This document shows positions 22,796 to 34,530 of a stretch of 64,000 nucleotides of DNA, in pieces. Within the stretch, counting starts at the first letter, position 1. The number at the start of each line of letters is the position of its first letter. Made by a program: the position numbers and the translations under genes. This DNA is from Camelus dromedarius (taxonomy: Eukaryota), in assembly GCF_036321535.1 (NCBI RefSeq), contig NC_087438.1, positions 6,884,001 through 6,948,000 of the forward strand. Direction: 5' to 3'. A model generated the notes under the pieces. It saw only the letters and a program-made list of their open reading frames with translations, did not search any database and had not been told where the DNA came from.

Positions 22796-23994
22796 ACCCG
22801 GAGTCTTAAGGCAGCCACACCATTTGGCCCCTGAAATATACCTCCAGTTCTATCCAACCAGGACTGGAATTGCCCACATGGTCCAGATAGCCAGCAAAGA
22901 AAGCCAAGACGGAAATCAAACACAAGCAAAGATGCAGAATGGTGGGGGAGGTTAGTACACAGGGGGGAAAAAATGCTTAAGGCATTGAAAACGAACCACA
23001 AGAACTTCCCGCCTGCCAGTGGACATATTTCACTTACAAACTGCATTTTGTTTCTCATAGAGTGGGTTCATCTTCATTTAAGAACTGAAAATTCAGCACT
23101 CTTTCTAGGGTGCTTTTTTTTCAGGTTGATGGAAATGCCCCAGATGGTTTTGCTTACATGGTCCTATTGATCATTGCTTTCTGTTCCCTGCGAGACGTAG
23201 ATCTGTTAAAACCGAACCGACTGGGGAGTGTCTGTTGTTTCAGTTTTAAAGCAATTCTGTACCGAGTCATACACTCGTGGGCAAAGCAAAGCTGAGGGGC
23301 CAGATAAACGCTGCCCATTAGAAACTTCAGTGACTGGTTATTTCTTCCACAGAACTGAATTTATTACTCCAGCTACTGTCAACAAACGTGCACGGACAAC
23401 AGTCTTCCCACCGCCTGGACGACGGCCCCGGAGTGCTGAGTGAGGGGATTTGAGTCTGAGTCACGATTGTCACTGCAAGGACGATCCTTCTTACCTCTCC
23501 CAGGATTCAGTGAAAAACTGAACAAATAAAAATGGATTGAAAACATCAGTATAAAGGAGCTAAAAGTACCATGTGCTTTGTTATAAAATATGAAGTCAAC
23601 CATCCTGTTGTGTTTTGTCCCCAAAGTCTATTACCTTATTAGGCAGGTTGTGAACTTCCAGAGATGCAAGATGAAAGTGTGTATGTGCAAGTGTGTGTAA
23701 AGACACCACCCATCACTGCAGCCCACTGTCCAGACCTGCCTCCCCTAACCTCATAGCCTGGGCCACCTCGCACCATCAGAACCCTTCAGTGCCAGTCTCC
23801 ACTCCCCTCCCCACCTGCTCAAATTCCAGCCTATCTCCTTGCCCTGCAGCTCAAATCCCCAAGCTCTGAGTGCCTTTAAAACTATCCAAGGCATCTGATA
23901 GCAAGTCAGAAGAAAAAAAAATCGATAGGAAATAACAAGCTAAGAAACCAGGACTAGGAAGGTGGCTCCCTTTCATCAGAACTTCTGGTACCTT

Positions 23995-24355
23995 ATGTTA
24001 GTTTGGGTCTGTTCAGTATTTCATGTGCAAGGGATTTGTCGAGAGAGAGAGCAGGAGGCGGTGGGAAAAGGCTTGAGACCACAGTGCAGGTCGGTTACTA
24101 AGGAAGGAGAGAGGGAAGGAAGGAAGACTGGGGAGCAAGGGCCTCAGACTGCAGGAAGAATGGTTCAGCCAAGTCTACAGGCAATCCTTGAGCCAAAGTC
24201 ACCCACTGGAGGAGTCCTGTGTCCTGCTTTAGTATACAGCCATGTCAGTCATTGGCTGCAGGCTGCAGAAAGAGTGGCTTTGGTGTAAATGTGGGAGTTT
24301 ATAAGAAGGGGGATAAATAAAAGAAGCCATTTGTCACTTATGTCTCCTACAGCAG
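23995..24355 (-). mobile_element. ERVL solo LTR (LTR16-like)
   Basis: 'gtgcaagggattt...gaaggagagagggaaggaagg...cctcagactgcag...ttgagccaaagtcaccc...cagtcattggctg'. Confidence 0.65.
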
Positions 24356-24451
24356 GAGACAGACCTGAGCAACTGCCTCTTGAGAAATATGTTATTTTAT
24401 CAATTGGTCACTTGAAATTAAAAAGCCCATTTTTATTGCTTAACGTATAGC

Positions 24452-24796
24452 ACAGAAGTCACAAACTGGACTGCAACGGATAGAACCTGGCAAAGATGAT
24501 TTTTTGGTTTTGTTGTTTGTCTGGTTTTGGATCTGGGGATTGAATGATGTTTTAAAAACTTTTGAGCTAGTCACTAACACTTAAGAAACAAGAGATTTTA
24601 TGCATTAAAAATTCAGATTTCCAGCCTGTTTTGAGATGCAAAGGGCTGACATTCTCTCGTGTTGGCAGAAGAGCAGATGAACTTTCCCTCTCCAGTTGGC
24701 CACAGTCCCCACCACTCCCTTATGCTCACCTCAGCCCACACTGCTCATTACTTCACTTACTGTCACTTCTGGTCATCTGAATTTTTGACTCACTGC
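24452..24796. mobile_element. MER102-like hAT-Charlie DNA transposon
   Basis: 'cagaagtcacaaactgg...aaaattcagatttccagc...ccagttggccacagtccccaccactccc...tttgactcactg'. Confidence 0.7.
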
Positions 24797-24814
24797 ATTC
24801 ATGCCTGTGTCACT

Positions 24815-24940
24815 GTCAGAATATAAGTACTCTGAGAGCAATGGCCTTGTCTGTTAGGATCATCGAGGTAAACCAATGTTCTGGAGCAATGCCAGGCACA
24901 TAGTAGCTGCTAACGAAGTTTATTTGGCCAATGAAATGAT
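24815..24940 (+). mobile_element. L2 3' end
   Basis: 'agaatataagtactctgagagcaa...gccaggcacatagtagctgctaacgaagtttatttg'. Confidence 0.65.
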
Positions 24941-26122
24941 GTGCTATCTTCACAGAGGGTTGGAAGAAATTGTTTGGGTTGGCAGTGGGGAGGAAGAAGA
25001 ATATGTTTCAAAGTTTCGTCTGGGGCTAACTTTGCTCAAGAACCAAGGCGGCACCAGAGGAAGGAAATGAGACTCCAGGCCAGCAATAGAATGCACTTGT
25101 TCTCAGGAATGGGTGGGGCCAATGGGGCTACAGAATGGGTCAGAACGAGTGGGCATGCAGCAGTGGACACACTACCATCGCACCCCCTGCACTCTCATGC
25201 AAGGGTTCTTTCTTTCCATCCTAAACTTAAGAGGAGAGGGGTTGCACAGGGAGACAGTGCTTACCTCAGCGCCTTTGCTGGCTTAGCGCAGCCTGGATCA
25301 TTGCTGCAAAATACTCACTGGGCCACGTTCCAAGGCAGCCAGGCATGAGGGGTCCTCACCTCAAAGCTAACGTACACTTAGGCGTAATGGAAAGAATCAA
25401 GCTCGGTGATGATGTGATGCGCGTTCCTCACATGCATAAAAATGCATATGGACAAATGGTGCAAATCAAACAGAGAAGTGCCTGCCAAAGGCAAGTCCCC
25501 CGTGGTGTCTCACTAGCTCCGAAAATGACTACCAGATGATAAAGGAAGGCAGGCCCCATGAAGTCTGATTACCAGGAGGGACAGGCAAATCCATTAGAAG
25601 CAAATAGGCCTCCTTCAAGTCCATTTTACTTGCTAAAAACAAGCAATGCTAAGTTTAAAAAATGAGTCAGTGTTTCATCTCATTTCTCACTGTCTTAAAT
25701 TTGCCGCATCCATTTCCAGCTAAAAGCTAGAGAAGGTTTGTGTTTTGTGACCAACCTGTGTTGCTATAAAAACTCAAAGTTAGATCTAGGCCTGACTCAA
25801 GGCAGAGAGCTAGAACCTTTAGTCCGTGGGCAACTTGCTGTGTTGGCCTCATCTGGAGAAAAACAGTTGGGGAGGAAGGGAACTACACTGAGGGAGCACC
25901 TTTGATGCATCAGACTGCAGAGTTCTTTGCATATATTTCGTCACTGAGCTCACTGTTCCAAGTGATAAGGAGGTTTATAAAGAATCCACAGAATGCAAAA
26001 TGGTGCAGCCACTATGGAAAACAGGATACAGTTTCCTCAGAAAATTAAAAATAGAACTAACACATAATCCTGCAATCCCACTGCTGGGCATTTACCAAAA
26101 TGAATTGAAATCAAGATGTCAA

Positions 26123-27380
26123 AAGCAACCTACTAAGTGGGAGAAAATATTTGCAAGCCATATATCTGACAAGGGGTCAATATCCAAAATTTATAAAGAA
26201 CTCAATACAACTCAATAACAAAAAAAAAATCCATTAAAAAATGGGCAGAGGACCTGTATAAACATTTTTCCAAAGAAGTCATATAGATGGCCACCAGGTA
26301 CTCGAAAAGATGCTCAACTTCACTAACCACTGGGAAAATGCAAATCAAAACCACAATGAGATAGAGAATGTGACAATGAATATATGTATGTTCATGTATA
26401 ACTGAAAAATGGTGCTCTACACTGGAATTTGACACAACATTGTAAAATGACTATAACTCAATAAAAAAACGTTAAAAAAAAAAAACACAATGAGATATCA
26501 CCTCAAACCTGTTAGAATGGCTACTACCAAAAAGACAAAAAATAACAAGTGTTGTCGAGAATGAGGAGAAAACAGAACCCTCATGCACTGTTGGTGGGAC
26601 TGTAAACTGGCATAACCACTACCGAAAACAATATGGAGACTCCTCAGAAAATTAAAAATTGAACTGCCATAAGATCCAGCAATTTCACTTCTGGGTATTT
26701 ATCTGAAGAAAATGAAAATACTAATTGGAAAAGATATGCACCCGCATGGTCACTGCAGCATTATTTACAGCAACTAAGATACAGAATCAGCCTAAGTGTC
26801 CATTGATGAATGGCTGGATAAAGCAGTTGTGGTATATTTATACAATGGAATACTGTTCAGCCATAAAAAGAAGGAAATCTGGCTACCTCTGATAACAGGG
26901 ACAGAACTGAGGGCATTATACTAAGTGAAGTAAGTCAGAGAAAGACAAATACCATACGATCTCACTTCTAGGTGGGAATCTAAAAACAAAAACAAACAAA
27001 TCAAAAAAACAAAGGTCATAGACACAGAGAACAGGTTGGTGATTGCCAGAGGCAGGAGGTGGCGGATGGGGCAAAATGGGTGAAAGGAGTCAAAAGGTAT
27101 AAACTTCCCGTTATGAAATAAATAAGTCCTGGGGATGCAATGTACAGCATGGTGACTACAGTTAATATAGTTAGTAGCTGCATATTTGAATGTTGCTAAA
27201 AGAGTAAATCTTAGAAGTCTTCATCAAAAGAAAAAAATTTTGTACAACTATGTATGCTGACAGACATTAATTAGACTTATAATGGTGCTCATTTCACAAT
27301 GTATGCAAATGTTGAATCATTATATCATACACCTGAAACTGCTATAATGTTATATGTCAATTATGCTCAGTTAAAATTAA
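26123..27380 (+). mobile_element. L1 ORF2 end + 3'UTR (L1MA9/L1_Art-like) nested in the host L1
   Basis: 'caacctactaagtgggagaaaatatttgcaag...' through 'acacctgaaactgctataatgttatatgtcaattat' and A-rich tail. Confidence 0.85.
26364..26485 (+). mobile_element. Short camelid L1 3' tail nested in the 26123-27380 L1
   Basis: TSD CACAATGAGATA at 26352-26363 and 26486-26497; poly-A tail. Confidence 0.9.
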
Positions 27381-27499
27381 AGAAGATCCCAAAGAGATAT
27401 CTGCACTCCCATGTTCACTGCAGCATTATTCACAATAGCCAAGATCTGGAAACAACCTCAATGTCCGTCAATAGATGAATAGATAAAGAGACTGTGGTA

Positions 27500-27655
27500 A
27501 AGAAAAAAAAAGCAGACTCACAGATACAGAGAACAAACTAGTGGTTACCAGTTGGGAGAGGGAAAAAGGAGGGGCAATAAAAGGGTTATTACGGGATTAT
27601 ATGAAATCATGTGTGTGAAATTTTTGAAAATTGTAAAGCATTATGGATTTAAAAC
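27500..27655 (+). mobile_element. Short L1 3'UTR insertion with a divergent tail
   Basis: TSD AAGAGACTGTGGTA (27486-27499) / AAGAGACTGCGGCA (27656-27669); 'agactcacagatacagagaacaaactagtggttaccag'. Confidence 0.8.
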
Positions 27656-27697
27656 AAGAGACTGCGGCATATACATACAGTGGAATACTATTGATTC

Positions 27698-27848
27698 TTT
27701 TTTTTAACTTTTTTTATTGAGTTACAGTCATTTTACAATGTTGTGTCAAATTCCAGTGTAGAGCACAATTTTTCAATTATACGTGAACATATATATATTC
27801 ATTGTCACATTTTTTCATTGTGAGCTACCACAAGATCTTGTATATATT
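27698..27848 (-). mobile_element. Short camelid L1 3' tail, antisense
   Basis: Reverse complement of the tail type at 26364-26485. Confidence 0.85.
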
Positions 27849-27863
27849 TAAAAAGAAGGAATT

Positions 27864-28172
27864 GTTGCATTCTTTTTTATCATGAGCTACCACAGTATCT
27901 TGTATATATTTCCCTGTGCTATACAGTATAATCTTGTTTATCTATTCTGTATATGCCTGTCAGTATCTACAAATTTTGAACTCCCAGTCTGTCCCTTCCC
28001 ACCCCCTCCCCCTTGGCAACCACAAGTTTGTATTCTATGTTTATGCACAGTGAGAAAGAATGCGACAATGAATATATGTATGTTCATGTATGACTGAAAC
28101 ATTGTGCTCTACACTGGAAATGGACACAACATTGTAAACTGACTATAACTCAATAAAATAAAAAGTTAAAAA
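27864..28172 (+). mobile_element. 5'-inverted camelid L1 3'UTR insertion
   Basis: Antisense 3'UTR 27864-~28044, then sense tail; imperfect TSD TAAAAAGAAGGAATT / TAAAAAGAAACAAATT. Confidence 0.7.
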
Positions 28173-29429
28173 TAAAAAGAAACAAATTCTACAATATGCA
28201 ATGTGGATGAAATTTGAGGATATTACACTAAGTGAAACAAGCCAATGATAGAAAGACAAATATTGCATGAGTCTCCTTATATGTAGTGTCTAAAATAGTC
28301 AAGATCATTGAATCTAAGAATGGAATGGTGGTTTCCAGGAGCTGGCGGGTGGGGAAAATGGGGAGTTACTAATCAACAGGCATCAAGTTTCAGTTAAGCA
28401 AGGGGAATGCGCTCTAGAGATCTGTCGTACATTGTACCTGTAGTCAACGACGATATGCTGTAGACGTAACAATTCAAGATGGTAGATCTCACCTTAAGTG
28501 TTCTTTCCAAAATTAAATAAAACAAATAAATAAACAAGAATCTGCTATGTTAGGACAGGAGCTATCTTAGCAGCTGTGTAGTCCATCTTTCTCTTTATTT
28601 AAAAACCGTATCACCTTTTAATGAGCACAAAAGATGTGCATCCCCTTGAAAGATGCTGCCGTGACTCCCAGTTCTACCCACCTCTGCCCTGAGAGAATTT
28701 TTTACTGTATATCCACAGCAGTCAATAGAATTTAGAGCTTCATATTTGGTAAAGTATACAATGGAAACAATGAACAGATTTCCCCTAAATATAAAAATAC
28801 AGTATAATATAAAATGTGATTTTCAAACCAAACACTATCTCTCAAACCAGATTCTGAAATAGGAGTCGCTAACCAAGTCTAGACTCTCATATCACACAGA
28901 GGGCAGCTGAGACCCAGAGATGGTCATCGACTTTTTCTTCCTGGTGCTGGGACCAAACCCATATTTCCTGACTCAAAGTAGATTGTTCTTTCAGTACTCT
29001 CTGTTCCTAACACATGGCTTCACACATGGAAGCCCAAGAAATAAGAACAAAACGCGAAGATGATCATATAAACAGTAATCACTTGTATTGGTGTCACTTT
29101 GATGGTGATGTTGGTACATAAGGACCAACATGAACGCCGTCTTCCCCTTCAAAAGTTCTGGCCGATGAAGAGAGTTCTCAAAGGATAGTTAGCCAAATAG
29201 AGTCCAGGATCTGAACTCAATTAAGGCTGAGCAAATCCCCAATAACCAGAAGAATAGGTTCTCCAGGAAAAGCTCAGTTAGAGAAAATGGCTTAAAGCTG
29301 AGAACAAACAGGGGGTTTCTATCCTAAACCCTACTCTTACAACCCCCACAACTAAAGACATCTGGTCCCACAAGATTAAGCTGCAATAAAAGGAACTAAG
29401 GGCAATTTCTCCTGGGGGTGGGAAGACGG

Positions 29430-30540
29430 AATTTCCTTTTGTCTTTGGTACTCAGAAATTACAGTGACGTGTTTTAAGGCATAATTTTTCTTTGTATTTA
29501 TTCTGTTGGGGCTTATAGGCATTGATTTTGAAGCTTTCTGTCTTTCCCAAGTTTTAAAAAATTCTTGGCCATTATTTCTTCAAATATTGCTTCAGTCCAT
29601 TCTCTTTCTTTTCTTCTGGAACGAAAACTACATCTTTTCCTTACGTCCCACGTGTCTCTTATTTCCTTTCTTTATATTTGATCTTTTATCCTTCTGAGCT
29701 TTAGTCTGGATATATTCCACAGCTTATTTCCAGTTCACTCTAATACGATGTTATGCCTACCAAATGAGATCTCGATTTTATTTATTTTTATTTTTCCATT
29801 ACAGGTTTTCAATTTGAATCTTTTCTATGGTTTCTAATTCTCTACTGAAATTTTTCACCTTGCAATTTTATTTCTTGAACATATTTAATTATAGATGTTT
29901 AGTGTTCATGTACAATAACACCAATTTTTAATTGTCTATGGGTATGTTTGTTATCTATTTTCCTCTAGTTTGGGGTGAGGTCTTATCTTTTTGTATATTT
30001 GGCTTTTTTTAATTGAGTGCCAAATGTTGGGTATGAAAAATTGTAAAGACAATTCAAGGCTTTGGTGAGGTTATCACCCTCCCACGTGTATTTAACTGTT
30101 TATCTAGCAGATCATCTTATTCTTGTCTTGGATGGAACTGGCTGGAAGTTGCTTTTCAGCCTTTGTGAGTTATGGTGTGTTTCAGTTCAGCCGTACTCCG
30201 AGGGTGCCGGCCTTCAGCGCAACAACCAAAAACCTGGAGCCATTACAGGACTTCTTCTTCTTTAAAGGCCCTTTGCTACCATTTTTGACCCTCCAGCCTT
30301 GTGACACTACTAAAAGCTTTGCTCAGAGTCTTAACTTCTCAGATGCCATATTTGGTTTCTGATTTTTGCACTTGCTTTGTGGGCAAAAGCAGCCCCAGAT
30401 GCCAAACACCTCTCTTTAGTTTTTATGCTTTCTTTATCTTAGCTTCTAAAATGTCTTTGTAGCTCTTTAAAGCCTTCAAACATATGTCTGTGTGTGTGTG
30501 CGCATGTGTGTTATAGCTTTTTTCATTATTCCCCATCACT
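29430..30540 (-). mobile_element. Old L1M 5'/ORF1 fragment
   Basis: 'aaaattcttggccattatttcttcaaatattgc', 'ctttagtctggatat', 'ttccagttcact', 'aattctctactgaaatt'. Confidence 0.7.
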
Positions 30541-30655
30541 AAAACCACACAGTCAGCCAGAAGCAGAAAGTGGCTTAGGATGATGCTTTCTGACTTGCCT
30601 AATAGAATTGGTGATGGTGCCATTCACTAACACAGGGGATTCTAGAAAAGGACTC

Positions 30656-31191
30656 TGTGCAGAGAAGAGTTAACATAGCCGGTCTGACTGCTGTACAAGG
30701 CGAGCCCTGGCTGGAGTCTGAGGACTTCATTTCAGAAGGGTTCCTGCCATTAACTGATAAGAGTGTCTCACTGTGCCTAAACATTTTTAATAACTATTGA
30801 TTTATGCTGAACATCTGTTTTCCTTCTGGGAGGCAGGAATTTGAGTACGTGCCAGACAGGGGCACCAATGTGATCGGTCCCCAGGAAAAACCCTGGGCAC
30901 TAAAGCTCTAATGAGCTTCTCTGGTTGGCAACGTTTCATACTTACCATCACAACTCATTGCTGGGGGCACCAAGTGCGTCCTGTGTGAATCCGCCGGGAC
31001 AGAACTCTTGAAAGCTTGCACTGGGCTTCCCACAGACTCTGCCCCGTGTGCCTTTTCCTTTGCTGCTGCTGCTGCGGATCCTTTTCCTCCATAGCTAGGC
31101 ATAACCACGAGAATGACTATGCGCTGAAGGCCGAGCTTCCCTGCAGCGACTCACCAAGCCCTGGCGGCGGTCTTGGAGGCCTCTTGGCACA
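30656..31191 (+). mobile_element. MER68-like ERVL solo LTR
   Basis: 'tgtgcagagaagagttaacatagc...ttaactgataagagtgtctcactgtgcctaaac...aaaaccctgggcac...ggtcttggaggcctcttggcaca'. Confidence 0.85.
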
Positions 31192-31279
31192 GACCAGCTG
31201 GGGAAGATGGCGATGTCAGATTCGGATTGAGGTCAAGGCGCTCTTTGCCTTGCCTGCCCTGCTGTGTACTCATTGTTCC

Positions 31280-31700
31280 ACCCACTGCGTCTTCGGTTCT
31301 CTCACTTGATCTTTCAACAGCACTGTCATTGCTGACCACCCAACTTTCTGGAAACACGACTGCCTTTTCTTTTTATAGAACATTTGCCACCAGCTTTACC
31401 TCTTACTCTCTTCTTCTAACAAACTTGCCCGCACAAGACTCCAGAATCCTGGCTCTCTTCTCATGATGCCCCCTCTCCCTGGGCACTCTGATCCACACCT
31501 ACAGCTTCAGACACCTCCAGTGCACAGAGGACTCACACATTATAGCTTTGGCCTTGATCTTCCATCCAGAATTTAAAACTGGATGTTGAACAGACTGGTT
31601 ATCTCTCAGATAAAGCAGAGTTACCCCAGATGCTGGGCGATTCCAACATTCCTATGAAAAATACAAACCAAGTGCTTTACCTCAAAGCACCCCCTCTTTA
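31280..31700 (+). mobile_element. L2 internal fragment
   Basis: 'cttgatctttcaacagcactgtcattgctgaccac', 'ctggctctcttctc...ctctccctgggcactctgatccac'. Confidence 0.55.
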
Positions 31701-31819
31701 CCTACACTTTCCACTTTTCTCCTGCCTCCCACAAACAGGGTTGCACCTTCAGTCTCATTAGTCCTAGTTCTCACATGGTATGTCTCCTCTCTATACACAA
31801 CCCTTTCAATTTCTGGATT

Positions 31820-32215
31820 CAGACAATAAGATTTTATTGAGCATCTACTACATACTTTCTCCTAGGCAGTAGGGAGGTGAAGATACTGAACACATGGACC
31901 CAATCTTCAGGGGCTTTATAAGCTAGTAAATAATGGGAGGCATAGAAATAAACACCATAAAGAATGATGCATGTAAATACAGAACAAAGTCAGGGCCTGT
32001 GATGAGCCCTCAAAAGGGGAAGTGATCAGATCTCCCAGAAGACAGAGGAGGGGAACCTTCAGCTGCATTTTGAAAGCTCAGTGGATGTTCTCCATAAAGA
32101 CAGAGTGGATGATATGGTGCCATGCACACTGCAGGGAGAGAGGGACATGTCAAAGTCACGATGCATATGAGAAACCACAACAGAAAATGTCACAGGAACT
32201 AAAGCAATTTAAAAT
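31820..32215 (-). mobile_element. L2 3' region
   Basis: 'ttttattgagcatctacta...ctaggcagtaggga...ggacccaatcttcaggggctttata'. Confidence 0.55.
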
Positions 32216-32932
32216 GTAGGGTATTCATTTTCTTAAAATAGCATTCATTTGAAAACCTAACTACCAGGAGAATCTAAGGAAAGAAAAGAACTAGCGTTTC
32301 TAGAGTTTTGCTGGAAAATGTAGGGTTCGAATTATTAAGGCTCTGGACAAGTCTGTCTCCATTAGATCTGATGAGAGTAGCTACTATGCACCCTTCCTTT
32401 CATGAGACCAAGCGACAAGGGCCAAGTTCAAGTTCTAGGAGGGGAATGAGAGCAAAAAGGAGGATTATCAGAGGAAATCTCAAAAGGAGGGAAAGGGTAA
32501 GAAAGCCAATCAAAGATCCCAATAGGTGGGGCAAAATCGCTTCCCCAGGTAACTCTTGACAACTACAGGGTGGACGGAGGAGAGGCACTTGGGGAGGGCC
32601 TGTCTCACCACATCCATTCCAAGGTTGACCATTTCAGAAGTTGGCTGCATTCATATCAGTGTCATGTCTTTCTATAATGAATATCACAGTCACTACTCAC
32701 AGGAAAGAATGACTTTCTGGCACCTCTTAAATCACACCACAGTGTCTACTCTTCCTGGCCCCACTGCATCCCTGGACACAGACAGAACCCCAGCCCAGGC
32801 TCACCAGGGCAATGGCAGAGAATCCCTCCTGCGCCTCCCCTACTGCTCAGACTCGGCCTCCAGGCGTGTGCTCACCAAGACCCATAGCATCTACAGGAGA
32901 GATGTCACCCCAGGATTCTTCTCTCTTTATGT

Positions 32933-33160
32933 GTGCGCAAAGGCGGGCAGTCAAATGGTAGCATTTGTTCGATTTAACAACTGTCCAGCATTTTCTATGG
33001 CTAAGTAGCTACACGAGTTACCACTGAGCTATCCCACCTAAAACTCTCTCTCTGCCCCAAATGGTGCGCAAAGGCGGGCAGTCAAATGGTAGCATTTGTT
33101 CGATTTAACAACTGTCCAGCATTTTCTATGGCTAAGTAGCTACACGAGTTACCACTGAGC
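32933..33160. repeat. Perfect 97-bp direct repeat pair separated by 34 bp
   Basis: 32933-33029 is identical to 33064-33160; spacer tatcccacctaaaactctctctctgccccaaatg. Confidence 0.95.
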
Positions 33161-34289
33161 ATTTTAGTATGTACAGGACATGCTCCCTGACCACCACAAA
33201 ATAAATGGGCAATTCAACCAGAGCGTCGTAATTAGTCTACTGTTAGCAAACACAATGATCACAGAGTGAATCTCCAACGTGGATATATGCTCAGGGCAGA
33301 AAAAGAAAATCAATGGGCATAAAGTGATTGCAAATAATCTTGACTCATTGCTGACTTCAAAAGTGTAGATTTTATTATATAACAAAGTTATATATGTATA
33401 TAAATACTAATATAATATATAGTCTTTTTCCCTAGGTCAACAAATGTACCTTTATTTTTGTTCCCAGGCTTATAAACACTTTTTACAGTATTGTGGTCTT
33501 AAAAACATAAGAGAGAAAATATTTCCTGCAATTTTCCCAGAAGGTTGCACATGATCAGAGAGCTCACGGCAGAGCAATAAGCAAATGGACACAGCAGTGC
33601 AATTCCGACCCAGGTTCAACCATTCATTTTCTAGACTGTCGCCACTAGCTGGACTGGAGATTGACTTCTCCTGAGTGGTTCACACTAACAAGGAGAGAAT
33701 CATATCTATGGTCACAGGTTCTAATTTTCATAATTTTCCCCTTTGAAAAAGCCTGCTGTTCAAGACACTACAAAAATAATAATAATTCAAAAATCAAAAC
33801 CCTTATTATAATCTCTATCCACCCATCACTCCGGGTAGCAGAATAAGTAGGCTGGAATTAGGTACTCATTTAAGTATTTCCAAACAGACTTCACACTTAC
33901 TATTTTTCAAGGCCCCATGACAACTTTGGAATTTTCCATCTAAAATTGAGATATGATACGTGAATGCAGATAAATACCAGTATGTCTAGAAATTAAATTT
34001 CACCTGTAAATTTATCTCAACCCTAGGCCACTAATCAAAGATTACTTGGGTCGATTAATTAAATAGTTTAATTCTAGCACACGAAGAAATGATTTGTTAA
34101 TTCAGCCAGAGGAAATAATATATGCAGACAGCAGATGATAATCACACTGTCTGTTGGGTACAAACATATTGACTTGATGAAACAGCACGTCTAAGCCTGA
34201 AAATCACCAGTGTCCTGTTATCATCGGGTCATCCATTAATTCCATTAATCACTAATCTGTCAGATAATGATCTGGCCTGGGAATAACTG

Positions 34290-34530
34290 CGGCCATCTTT
34301 TGAGAATTTATGGCACATCAAGAGTGGTCCTAAGAACTTCAAAGACATCACCGCTCAGATAATCCATCCAGCAACCCAATGAGGTAGCACTATTCTGATT
34401 TTCACTTTATGTACAAGGAAACAAAGAACCCAAGAGGTTAAGGAAGCTGTCCTGAGTTTGAAACTAACAAGCGGAAGTCCTGGAATCAGGAGCCGCAGGC
34501 CCTCTCCGCTGTACCAGACTCGTCCCACCG
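34290..34530 (-). mobile_element. MIR SINE
   Basis: 'caacccaatgaggtagcactattctgattttcactttatgtacaaggaaacaaagaacccaagaggttaagg'. Confidence 0.7.

Larger units (their letters stand above)
25990..28535 (+). mobile_element. Host L1 3' end (L1MA10/L1MB1-like) split by several younger L1 insertions
   Basis: Host segments ~25990-26122, 27381-27499, 27656-27697, 27849-27863 and 28173-28535 join into one continuous L1 ORF2 end/3'UTR. Confidence 0.8.

Noticed and set aside
32933..33160. CRISPR-like repeat-spacer-repeat (34-bp spacer)
   Set aside because: Only two repeats, each 97 bp (far too long), no cas genes, eukaryotic context.
32600..33400. Possible Tigger-type DNA transposon remnant around the 97-bp duplication
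   Set aside because: Only a vague resemblance; I could not identify terminal inverted repeats or assign a family.
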